Positions 38,118-49,820 of a stretch of DNA of 64,000 nt are shown piece after piece. A model generated the notes under the pieces. The model was not told the origin of the DNA. It ran no database searches and worked only from the letters and a program-made list of their open reading frames with translations. Each line of letters starts with the position of its first letter. The stretch's first letter is position 1. Made by a program: the position numbers and the translations under genes. The DNA comes from Chiloscyllium plagiosum (lineage: Eukaryota), in contig NC_057720.1 of the NCBI RefSeq assembly GCF_004010195.1, forward strand, positions 19,095,601 to 19,159,600, in the 5' to 3' direction.

Positions 38118-40630
38118 CCCCATCCCTCAGCCTTCTATCCGTAACTCCTTTCTAATCAAGAACCCATCTATCTCAGTCTTAAATACATTCAATGACTTGG
38201 CCTCCACAACCTTCTGTGGCAATCAGCTCCACAGATTAACTGTCCTCTGGTTTGAGATATTCCTCCTTATCTCTGTTCTAAAGGGTCATTCCTTCATTCT
38301 GAGGCAGTGCTCTCGGGTCCTGGTGTCTCCTGCTAATGGAAGCATCTCCTCCATGCCCACTGTATTCAGGCCTCTCAGTATTGTGTAAGTTTTAGTGACA
38401 TTGCACTTTAGAAGGACGAAGGATAATGAGTACAAACCCAGAGTCCTCAACCACTTCTCTTAGGACAAGCCCTTCATTCCCAGGATCATTCTTGTAAACC
38501 TTCTCTGGATCCCCTCCAGGGCCAGCACATCCTCCCTGAGATATGGGTCCCAAAACTGCTCAAAATATTTCAAGTACTTTCTGACCAGAGCCTTATACGG
38601 CCTCAGCAGGACATTTCTGCTCTCGTATTCTAGCCCTCTTGAAATGAATGTAAACATTATATTTATTTTCCTAACTTACAACTGAACCTGTATGCTAACT
38701 TTAAGAGAATCCTGAGCAAGGACTCCCAAGTCCCTTTGTACTTTAGGCTTCTGAAACCTTTTCCTGTTTAAAAAAATAATCTCTGCTTGTATTCTTCCTG
38801 CCAAAGTGCTTAATTTTCCCACATTGCATTCCATCTGCCAATTCTTTGCCCACTCTCCTACAGCTTGTCCTCGTTCTTCTGCAGCCTCCCCGCTTCCTTT
38901 GACAGTACTATGACTTTCAGTCGTGTACTTTGTCCTCTTTTTTTAAATGAAGAGAAGTTGAGACAGAGGTGGTTCTTTTTACGAAATAAGGTTGAGACAG
39001 AGATGGAGAGCAGTCTGTTCCCAGCCAATCAAGTAAACAACCTGAGGCCTTAGGGTTGTTTAAGTTGGAAAAATAGAAGGAGCATGAAGGGGTGGGGTTC
39101 AAGCTCCCAGAGAACAGGATTTTAGTATTAGCTTTCAGTAGCTGTTGGGGCCTTGAAGCTGAATGTGGAAGCTGTTATTCCTCTCTCTCTGTTACACCTA
39201 AAAGCTGCAATTCTCTTCCTGCTGCTAGAATTGCATATGAGACAATCTATGAATTTGCCTTTGCCAAGGGTGTGTTTATGGGATATTACAAGATTGGAAC
39301 AGTTGCAGTTTAGTTGATAGAAAATCTATTATTCTTTTAAATTTTTCAGTAGAGTTAAATTATTCCAATTTTTCTTCATTTTGGTTGTATTTTAATTATG
39401 GTGAAAAAATTAGTGTGTTTTGCTTCAAACCCAGTACTTTAACAAATTGAATTTGCATCTGAATGCCTTACACTTGCCCTTTAAAAACAAGAAAAAGTCG
39501 GGGTCTGGGCTATCTTCTTAATCTATTTTGAAGGGATTTGATCTGGCCCATAACATTGTTCCTCCACTTATCTTTGTCATCTGCAAACTTAACACTAATG
39601 CCCTCGGTTCCTTCATCTAGACTGTTAATGTATAACTTGAATAGTTGTTGTCCTGACATGAACCTCTGGAGCTTCACCAATCACCAGTTGCCATCCTGAA
39701 AAGATCCCCTTATCCCTATTCTCTGCCTTCTGCAAGTGCCCCTAACAGTCATGTAGCAGCCTCCTATGCAGCACCTTATCAAAAACCTTCTGGAAATCCA
39801 AATAGATCACATCCACAGGCTCTCCTTTGTCTAATTTGCCTGTTAACCTCAAAGAATTCTAACCTCCCTTTGTCAAAACCCCGCTGATTCAGCCTCATTT
39901 TAACATGCACCTCCAAGTACTCTGCAATATCATCCTTAATAGTGAACTCTGAAATCTTACCATCAAGTGAAGTCAGGTTAAATAACCTATAATTTCCTGA
40001 CTTCTGCCTCCCTCCTTAAACCAGTGTGTTACATTAGACATTTTCCAGTCCTCTGCGACCTTTCCTAATTCCAGTGATTCCTGAAAAATCCCCTCCAGAT
40101 TCTCCTCCTCTATCATTTTCAGAACCCTGGGGTGCAGTTCATCTGGTCCCTGTAACTTATCTACCTTAAGACCTTTCAACTTACCCAGGCCCCGCCTTTG
40201 CGCCCTGACCATCTTAAAGCTCTGGTATGCTGCTGATGTCTTCCAATGTGAAGACTGATGCAAAGTACCTATTCATTTCCTCTGCCATTTCTTTGTTTCC
40301 TATTACTACTTCTCAAACCTCATTTTCCACCAGTTTACTGTACCCGCTTACACTTTAGCTATCTAAAAAAACTTGCAAGTTTTAAAATATTACTAGCTAG
40401 CTTACTCTTGTATTTCACCTTCTCCCCTGTTTTTTGGTTTTTGTTATCCTTTGGTTTTTAAAGGCTTCCTACTCCTCTGGCTTCTCACTAATCTTCATCA
40501 CATCAATGTTTTTCTCTTTTGCTTTTATGCTGTCCCTGACCTTCCTTTGTCAGCCATGGTTGCCTCATCCTCCTCTTGGTATGTTTCTTCTTCCTTGAGA
40601 TGAAGTTCTGCTGTGCCTCCTGAATTACCC
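38118..40630 (-). mobile_element. Older CR1 LINE ORF2; its 3' end continues at about 36215-36301 beyond the Rex1 insertion
   Basis: LKVDKLQGPDELHPRVLK, ALEGIQRRFTRMILGMKGLS; interrupted by an LTR-like insert and by Rex1. Confidence 0.8.
38906..39555. mobile_element. Probable solo LTR inserted in CR1
   Basis: ~650-bp non-CR1 insert interrupting a continuous CR1 RT; ends TACTATGA (TGTTATG-like) and CATAACA; TSD not clear. Confidence 0.5.
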
Positions 40631-40841
40631 CAGAAACTCTTGCCATTCTGCTGGGACTTGTTGAGCTTTGTTGAATATTGTTAGTACTTCTGCCTTCAGG
40701 TTGTTTTTAATTTGCCTTTATCACCCCTCTGCCAGATCTTCAACCTCCTTTAGTCATTGAGCATGTTGTCACCAAATCCATTCCATTCTCTCCTGGAATG
40801 CACTATTTCAATCTTCTATTAATTTTCCACCCCTGCCGGTT

Positions 40842-43800
40842 ATAGAGTCATAGAGATGTACAGCATGGAAACAGACCCTTCAGTCCAACAGTCCATGCCA
40901 ACCTAATAGCCCAACCCAATCTAGTCTCAGCTGCCGGCCCATATCCTCCAAACCTTTCCTATTCATATACCCATCCAAATGCCTCTTAAATGTTGCAATT
41001 GTACCAGCCTCCACCACTTCCTCTGGCAGCTCATTCTACATACGTACCACTCTGTGTGAAAAGGTTGCCCCATAGGTCTCTTTCCCCTCTCACCCAAAAC
41101 CTATGCCCTCCAGTTCTGGACTCCCCAACCCCAGAGAAAAGACTTTGCCTATTTACCCTATTTCATAATTTTGTAAACCTCTATAAGGTCACCCCTCAGC
41201 CTCTGACGCTCCAGGCAAAACAGCCCCAGCCTGTTCAGCCTTTCCCTATCGCTCAAATTCCCCAACCCTGGCAACATCCTTGTAAATCTTTTCTGAACTC
41301 TTTCAAATTTTGCAACATCTTTCCGATAGGAAGGAGACCAGAATTGCACACAATATTCCAACAGTGGCCTAACCAATGTCCTGTACAACCGCAACATGAC
41401 CTCCCAACTCCTGTACTCAATACTCTGACCAATAAAGGAAAGCATACCAAATGCCTTCTTCGCTATCCTATCTACCTGCGACTCCACTTTCAAGGAGGAG
41501 CTATGAACCTGCTCTCTTTGTTCAGCAACCTAGGACCTTACCATTAAGTGTATAAGTCCTGCTAAGATTTGCTTTCCCAAATTGCAGCACCTCGCATTTA
41601 TTTGAGTTAAACTCAATCTGTCACTTCTCAGCCCATTGGCCCATCTGGTCCAGATCCCATTGTAATCTGAGGAAACCTTCTTTGCTGTCCACTACACCTC
41701 CAATTTTGGTGTCATTTGCAAACTTACTAACTGTACCTCTTATGCTCGCATCCAAATCATTTATATACATGACAAAAAGTAGAGGACCCTTGTGGCATTC
41801 CAATGGTCACAGGCCTCCAATCTGAAAAACAACCCTCTACCACCACCACCTGTTTTCTACCTTTGAGCCAGTTCTGTCTCCAAATGGCTAGTTCTCCCTG
41901 TATTCCGTGAGATCTAACCTTGCTAATCAGTCTCCCATGGGGAACCATGTCGAATGCCTTACTGTAGTCCATATAGATCACATCTACCTCTCTGCCCTCA
42001 CCAATCCTGAAAACACTCAATCAAGTTTGTGAGACATGATTTCTCACGCACAAAACCATGTTGACTATCCCTAATCAGTCCTTGCCTTTCCAATTGCATG
42101 TGTATTGTGTCTGTCAGGATTCCCTCCAACAACTTACCCATCACCGACGTCATGCTCAATGGTCTATAATTCCCTCTCTTGTCCTTACCACCCTTCTTAA
42201 ACCGTGGCACCATGTTAGCCAACCTCCAGTCTTTTGGCACCTCACCTGTGACTATTGATGATACAAATATCTCAGCAAGAGGCTCAGCAATCACTTCTCT
42301 AGCTTCCCACAAAGTTCTAGGGTACACCTGATCAGGTCCTGGGGATTTATCCACCTTTATGCGTTTCAAGACATCCAGCACTTCCTCCTCTGTAATATGG
42401 ACATTTTGCAAGGTGTCACTATATATTTTGCTACTTTCTATATCTTCCACATCCTTTTCCACTGTAAATACTGATGCAAAATACTCGTTTCGTATCTTCC
42501 CCCATTTTCTGCAGCTCCACATAAAGGCCACCTTGCTGATTTCTGAGGGGCCGTATTCTCTCCTAGTTACCCTTTTGTCCTTAATGTATTTGTAAAAACT
42601 CTTTGGATTCTCCTTAATTCTATTTGCCAAAGCTATCTTATGTCCCCTTTTGCCCTCCTGATTTCCCTCTTAAGTATACTCCTACTTCCTTTATACTCTT
42701 CTAAGGATTCACTCGATCTATCCTGTCTATACCTTACATATGCTTCCTTCTTTTTCTGAACCAAACCTTCAATTTCTTTAGTCATCCAGCATTCCTTATA
42801 TGTACCAGCCTTTCTTTTCACCCTAACAGGAATATACTTGCTCTGGATTCTTGTTATCTCATTTCTGAAGACTTCCCATTTTCTAGCTGTCTCTTTACCT
42901 GCGAACATCTGCCCCCAATCAGCTTTCGAAAGTTCTTCCCTAATACTATCAAAATTGGCTTTTCTCCAACTTAGAACTTCAACTTTTTGATCTGGTCTGT
43001 CTTTTTCTATCATTATTTTAAATCTGATAGAATTATGGTCACTGGCCCCAAAGTGTTCCCCCACTGACACCTCAGTCACCTGCTCTGCCTTATTTCCCAA
43101 GAGTAGGTCAGGTTTTGCACCTTCTCTCGAAGGTACATCCACATACTGAATCAGAAAGTTTTCTTGTACCCGCTTAACAAATTCCTCTCCATCTAAACCC
43201 TTAACACTATGGCAGTCCCAGTCTATGTTTGGGAAGTTAAAATCCCCTACCATAACCACCCTATTATTCTTACAGATAGCTGAGATCTCCTTACAAGTTT
43301 GTTTCTCGATTTCCCTCTGACTATTAGGGGGTCTATAATACAATCCAAATAAGGTGATCATCCCTTTCTTATTTCTCAGTTCCACCCAAATAACTTCCCT
43401 GGATGTATTTCCAGGATTAAAATCCCTCAGTACAGCTGTAATGCTATCCCTTATCAAAAATGCCACTCCTCCTCCTCTCTTGCCTCCCTTTCTATCCTTC
43501 CTGTAGCATTTGTATTCTGGAACATTAAGCTGCCAGTCCTGCCCATCCCTGAGCCATATTTTTGTAATTGCTATGCTATCCCAGTCCCATGTTCCTAAGT
43601 ATGCCCTGAATTAATCTACCTTCCCTGTTAGGCCCCTTGCATTGAAATAAATGCAGTTTAATTTATTAGTCCTACCTTGTCCCTGCCTGCCCTGACTGTT
43701 TGTTTGTTTGTTTGTTTGTTTGACTCACTTCTGTTCTCAACTGCACCCGTCTCAGATTGATCTCTTTCCTCACCTGAGTCCCACCCTCCCACCTTACTAG

Positions 43801-44032
43801 TTTAAATCCTCCCAAGCAGTTCTAGCAAATTTCCCTGCCAGTATATTAGTTCCCTTCCAATTTAGGTGCAATCCGTCCTCCTTCTACAGGTCACTTCTAC
43901 CCCAAGAGAGTTTCCAATGATCCAAAAATGTGAATCCTTCTCCCATACACCAGCTCTTCAGCCATGCATTCATCTGCTCTGTCCTCCTATTCCTGCCCTC
44001 ACTAGTTTGTAGCACCGGGAATAATCCAGATC
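40842..44032 (-). mobile_element. CR1 LINE, nearly complete ORF2 plus end of ORF1
   Basis: ORFs 42633-43466 (APE: YYRPPNS, VGDFNFP, SDHNSI), 41998-42630, 41757-42020 and 41158-41493 (RT); 3' tail CTCTATGACTCTAT; internal (TTTG)n at about 43697-43722. Confidence 0.92.
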
Positions 44033-44859
44033 AAAGTATCAAATTATATCTTATAAAATTTCAGCAAAGGTAAACTATCACCTCATGTGTTGTCCCTAAC
44101 CTTTAATATAGTTGATCACATTGTCCTCTTCAAATACCTCTCCATCGCTATCCAGCTCGATTGCACTGGACTGGTTTCCTTCTTATCCAGTTAATTGCAA
44201 TCATAAAACCATAGAAAAGTAGTGGCATAGAAAGAGGTCAATTCATTCATCGTGTCATCATGGGGTTCAAAAAAAACTAGCTGCTCATTCTAATTCCATC
44301 AACCAACACCTAGCCAATCGAGTTGTAGGTTTCAGCATTATGTAGATTTTTAAACAAGCTAAGGGTTTCTGCCTCCACACCAAAATGGGTAGTGAATTTT
44401 AGGTCACCACTTCCTGGGTGAAAGAAAGTTTTCTTTGTCTTCTCTAATCTTTATACTGACCACCTTCAAACTGTGTGCACTAGTAATTGACTTCTCTGAA
44501 ATGGTAAACAGGTCTTTCCTGTCTGTTCTATCAAGACCACTCACCATTCTGTGCACCTCAATTAGATTGTGCAAAACTGTCCTCTGTCCTAAAGAAACCA
44601 GTGACATTTATCCAGTCTGTCTTCAGTAATTTTCAAGCCCTAGCAGCATTCTTGGACATCTCCCTGTGCTTTCTTCCTGTACTGCAGTGACAAGAGAAAG
44701 AAAATTCAAACTGTGGTCCAATCAGACTTTTATGCAGTTCCAGCATTACATCCCTGATTTTGTATTTGATACTTCATCCAGTAAACAAGTCAATCAGACT
44801 ATCACTCAGCATATGTCACATCCACATGTGACCTTTGATAATGACATCATCTAAAAGGA

Positions 44860-45030
44860 GAGTATGAGTTTTCAGGTGTATATTGCTGATACTCAACTCT
44901 AACTCTGTTCCACTATTGCTAAATTATCAAACTGCTTATCTGACATCTATAACTGGATGAACAGAAATTCTCTTAATTGAAATACTGGGATGATATAAGC
45001 CATCGTGTTTGTTCCCTGTTCCTATCTTCA
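44860..45030 (+). mobile_element. L2 LINE RT remnant, left half
   Basis: Degenerate ADTQL..LSNCLSDIYNWMNRN..LN.G...AIVF.P, the L2 RT C-terminal pattern. Confidence 0.6.
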
Positions 45031-46326
45031 GTCGAGTGTGGTGCTGGAAAAGCACAGCAGGTCAGGCAGCATTTGAGGAGCAAGTGAATCGACATTTCAG
45101 GCATAAGCCCTTCATCAGGAATGGGCCTTGTGGGCCGGGGGGCTGAGAGATAAATGGGAGGGTGGGGTGGGGTTGGGGCAGAAAGTAGATGAGAATGCAA
45201 TAGGTGCATGAAGTTGGGGGAGAAGGTGATAGGGTGGAGCAGATAGATGGGAAAGACTGTTGACAGGACAGGAGGACAGTCCCAAGTTGGAGACTTAGGA
45301 CTGGGATCAGGTGGGGGGAGGGAAAGTGAGGAAACAGGTGAAATCCATATTAATCTTGTGGGGTTGCAGGGTCCCCAGGCAGAGGATGAGGCGATCTTTC
45401 TCTAGTGTCAGTCAATGGCTGAGGCCCAGCACCTACATGTCCTTGGTGGAGTAGGAGGGGGGAGTTGAATTGTTCAGCCACGGTGTGGTGGGTTTGGTTG
45501 ATGTGGGTGTCCCAGAGATGTTCTCTAAAGTGATCTGCAGGTTGGTGTCCTGATGTAGAAGACTCGTTCTCCCACATTGGGTGCAATGGATACAGTACGT
45601 GACATTTGTGTAGGTACAGGTAAATTTCTGTTGGATGTGGAAGGCTCCTTTAGGGCCTCTGAGGTGAGTAGAGAAGTGTGGGCCCAGGTTTTGCACTTTC
45701 TGTAGTGGCAGGGGAAGGTGCTGGGGTGAAGGCTGGTAGGGGACATGAATCCGACAAGGGAGTCGCAGGGGCAATTGTCTCTCCAAAAACGCTGGTAGAG
45801 GTAGGGGGGAGGGGGGAAATAGATCCCTAGTTGGTGAGGCCTGTTTGTAGCTGGCAGAAGTGAAAGAGGATGATGCGCTGCATACGGAGGTTGGGGGAAT
45901 GGAAGGTGAGGGTTCTGTCCTTGTTGCATTGGGAGGGAAGTGGAGGAGATGCGCTGGAAGGCACTGTTGACCATGTAGGAGGGGAAAGTGCGGTCTTTGA
46001 AGAAGGAGGCCATCAGGGATTTTCTGTGGTGGAATTGATAGTCCTGAGGGCGGAGGCAGAGGAATTGGGAATAAGGGATAGCATTTTTACAGTAGGCAAG
46101 GTGGGAGGAGGTATAGTCCAGGCAGCTGTGGGAGACGGTGGCTTTGTATTAGATATCCGTGGTTCGTCGGTCGCCAGAGATGGAGAGGTCCAGGAAGGAG
46201 AGGGAAGTGTCCAAGATGGCTCAGGTGAATTTGAGATCAGGGTGAAAGTTGTTCGTGAAGTTGATGAACTGTTCAAACTCCTTGTGGGAACACGAGGTAG
46301 CGCTGACATAGCCATCGATGTGTCAT
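45031..46326 (-). mobile_element. Penelope-like element (probably Neptune-type): RT C-terminal half, GIY-YIG endonuclease, 3' terminus with hammerhead motif
   Basis: Minus translation HIDGYVSATSCSHKEFEQFINFTNNFHPDLKFT*...LSFLDLSIS...YKATVSHSCLDYTSSH...KNAIPYSQFL (PLE RT); FTCTYTNVTYCIHCTQCG and FREHL (GIY-YIG region); terminus CTGATGAAGGGCTTATGCCTGAAATGTCGA at about 45088-45119. Confidence 0.88.
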
Positions 46327-47189
46327 CCCGTTTTCCCCCCTCAGTCAAAGCAAAACGCTCAGAGACACAGTATGGTTTTAGCTCCATCTTTCTTCCGGGC
46401 CCTGGGGGGGGGGGGGAAGAGAATGATTGCCTGTGTGCACAGAGATGTGAGTTCATGGTCTTCTCTGGAACAGCAGTTTCTCAATGAACTATACAGTTAT
46501 TTTATAGGGAGGAGCATCCAGATAAGGCAACATACATATTGATTGGGCAATTGTTAGAATTAACACTCACTGATTGCATAACTGCAGATGGCTTAATCTT
46601 TACAATGAATATCTGGCTTCACATAATGAATGCTTCCAATATTGTTTAATGGCTCTACATAATGAATGGTTTTCCACCTTGTTAACCCATTACCCTTGCC
46701 TCCAGCACCCCATTGTTAACTGCAAGTTCTTATCTGAGTCATGCTCAGCTGAACCTCTTGTTTCTCAAAACTCAGAACTTATCTGTTTCCCTACCTGCTT
46801 ATACCTAGTACACATTCTTATTCCCTCTTTTTTTTTTATCATTTCATGATAACCACCTAGATGACACTACCATCTTTTATAAGACTCTGACAGCCAGTAT
46901 TTAAGCAAGTTATTGACATACAGCATACAATGATTATAACAACAAAAATTACTAGTCCGTTACAGTAATTAGAGTTTGAAGAAGCCTCCCATGTGGAAAA
47001 AAAAATTCACCAGTAAAGTTCTGAAATCCACCGTCCTTAGTGACCACTCCATCCCCTCCAAGTCGAGTGGAAACAAACCAGTTCTCCAAAATCTCCTTTA
47101 GTAAAGTCCAACCTGAAAACAAAATTCAATCTGTTCTTGCATCTCTCCTTGGAGAAATCTGAATTCTTGGATAAGGGCAGTTAAATGCT

Positions 47190-47497
47190 TCACAAAACTG
47201 ACGAGACTTCCATCCTTCTGGAGATGCTTCTGATGAAGGATACCAGCGCATCTGAGTGTGCAGTGCAGCAGCAGGCTAGGTGAATGCAGCACTCTTTGCT
47301 TCTGCTCCTGCTCTGCTGTTAAATGTAACAAAGCCAAATGGCTGTTGTGATGTTAGCTTGATCATGAACCATCATATCCCTTAAACGATCGAAAAACAAG
47401 GTAAAGCTCACGTGGTTTAATGTCTGTAGGAAGGCCACTGACAAAAAGCATATCGACTTCCTCTTCACTGTTGTTACTTTCATCACTTCGTGCTCAT
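47190..47497 (-). pseudogene. RBPMS2: Processed (intronless), internally deleted retrocopy of RBPMS2 (Hermes, RRM protein)
   Basis: Manual minus-strand translation across frameshifts: [99 protein letters not shown](C)*. This matches the RBPMS/RBPMS2 N-terminus and C-terminus; SRAGAE and RWYPS favour RBPMS2. Frameshifts, an internal stop and a missing middle are visible. Confidence 0.88.
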
Positions 47498-48869
47498 GAC
47501 TAGGGAGCTGATTGAAGCCATTGGATCAGGTTGTGGAGGGGTGGGCGGTGGTCCGAAGGCATGCTTTATCTGTGAATGGAGAAACTCTTCAGACGATGTT
47601 AGCTACTGGAAGTATCTCTGCATTTCCCCTCTCATTCCGTCCTTGCCAAGGTGGTTATCAGTATGAAGACAGTCACATTTAACTACACTAAATTGTGTCC
47701 GCCTATTTCAACATTCTTTGAATTCTTGAAGTCTGTTACTCTGGTCACTATTTATGACGTTATCAAGTTTTAAACAATCCATAAACTTCTAAACTGTACT
47801 GCCTAAACAATTCAGTCAATTATAAACAACAATCAATGGTCCTAAAATCAAATCCTCAGGGGGCCCCATTCAGGTTATTCAAAAATTATTTTCCTTTCAC
47901 AAAGTGATACTTGGCTAATGTGAAAGCTGTCAGGAAATGTATTTCAAAAGTCTGGAACAGCAAGAAAACAACAAAATTTTTCCTGTGTTTTAGAAATTGA
48001 AGAGGCAGTTTCAGTTCAGATTTAAATCTCAAACATTTGTGGGAAACAAATGCAGAACATATTAAAATATTTTCTCCAACTGAAACTTCCCAAATAAAAC
48101 AGTTGGAATTACAGTGGCATCTTTGGTAGAGATTTACATTCATTGAATTTGCAATGTGAAGGGGACCAATGAAGTCTTAACAATAATTGAAAGAATTTAA
48201 ACAGCTCAGCCTCAAGTTCCAATATTTTCTAAAATCTTAAAACATCAAACTCAAAGTGCACTCTTTTTGTGAACACTCTGCATTAAAACATAGCAACAAA
48301 GATAGTTTAATACAGTACTCCCATTTGGCTAAAGCATGACCATTAACCTAACTCTTTTTTTTTAAAACAGGCATCGTAGAATTTCAAACAAATCAGGGGC
48401 TCATGGTGCTCAATCAATTTGTTTTAAGGTTGTAAGTTTGATGATCTTAAAAAGGACCTAATGTTGTACAATTTCAATGCAAAAACAAAATCTGCCCAAT
48501 TACATAGCCTACAAAACACAATGAATTGAGACCCTGATTCAAACGAGGCAAAACAGCTACCCAAAAGGCCTCTCTTAACCAGCATTTCAACAAACCAAAA
48601 CCTCCAAACGTCTCTCGCTGTCAGCATGGCACAACCCACACTGAAATCCTCCCTTTTCAATCCAAGCATCAGTACAACCTCAATCCCAGTGTTTCTCTTT
48701 TTTTTTGCATCCTCTCACTGAAACTACATCTATAACAAGAGAGAGCCCTCGTAGCAGACCACATGGCGCCACAGTCCAAGCCACACTCATCTACCAGAAC
48801 AAAGACCCACAGAGCCTCAAACCTCACCACTAGTGGACTTTAACCTTTGTCTCACTTTATTCCTCACTT

Positions 48870-49240
48870 TATTTATGGCTCGAACCCCATTCAAACACAG
48901 GACTCGAAGCTCAAACACAGAGAACTCAAATCACACCTAAACACCGATAACCCAAACCCCAGTTAAACACAGAAAACTCGAACTCCAATTAAACACAGAG
49001 CTCAAACCTCAGCACAGTGCAGAGGAGGTGAACCTCAAATCAACCCATCCAGTAGACTCAAACCTTAATCACACCCACCCTCGGGGACTCGAATCCCAGT
49101 ACCGTGCAGAGGACTCGAACCTCAATCACACCCCCCCGCCCCCAATGCAGCGCAGAGGACTCAAACATCAAACACACATTTCCCCTGCCCCCAATGCAGC
49201 GCAGAGCAGTCAAACCTCAATCACACCCCCTCCCAGGACT
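48870..49240 (+). repeat. Degenerate minisatellite (GGACTCGAACCTCAA(T/A)CACAC-like units) just upstream of the L1 5' end
   Basis: Repeated GACTCGAA / AACCTCAATCACACCC motifs. Confidence 0.65.
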
Positions 49241-49245
49241 CTGCA

Positions 49246-49820
49246 AGATGGTGGCGATTCTGTAGAACTGCCGTAGATGGCTCTGCCTAATAACCAAGGC
49301 ATATTGGGGGTTTATTCCATCCCTGGCCAACTGACGTGGAGGAATTATTAGTTGAAAACTTTACAGGACACGTATTCGTTAATATTTGGGAATGGGAAGG
49401 ATGCCAAAAGGAAAAGGAGCGAGCAAACAGCAGCAGGGAGGACACTCCCCTGCAGCAGCAGCAGCCGCCTTTCCCGAACCCTTGGGGGACCTGACAGACA
49501 TTTAGGATTTGGCGATGTCGAGACTTACCACGAAGATTGGGGCTGCGATTGAGGGGATCATTAGAAGGTCCATGCCCAGGTCCAACCCATCGTGTCCATG
49601 TTGCAGAAGCATGAACAGGAACTCCAGAGCCTCTGGGAGTGGATGGAGGAGGTGGAGGGTTGATCAAGGCCTTGGAAGCGGCAATTGAGTCCTCATCCAG
49701 TCGGATCTAGGTACTGGAGCGAGAATGCAGGCCTTATGAGACCAGGTCGACGACCTCGAAAATCGAGGTTGGAGAACTAATCTTTAAATTGTCGGGCTCC
49801 AGCGGGTGAAGAAGGTGAGC
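49246..49820 (+). mobile_element. L1/Tx1-clade LINE, 5' UTR and first part of ORF1 (interrupted by CR1)
   Basis: DQVDDLENRG.RTNL.IVGL...EEG near 49740-49820 is the L1 ORF1 coiled-coil/RRM junction; ORF1 resumes at 53967. Confidence 0.75.

Noticed and set aside
45870..46487. 205-aa + strand ORF
   Set aside because: Antisense shadow of the minus-strand PLE RT; no recognisable protein.
46321..46866. Possible solo LTR (TGTCATC...GATGACA) truncating the PLE RT
   Set aside because: Only a 7-bp terminal inversion, no TSD and an alternative end at 46918; too weak to list as a feature.
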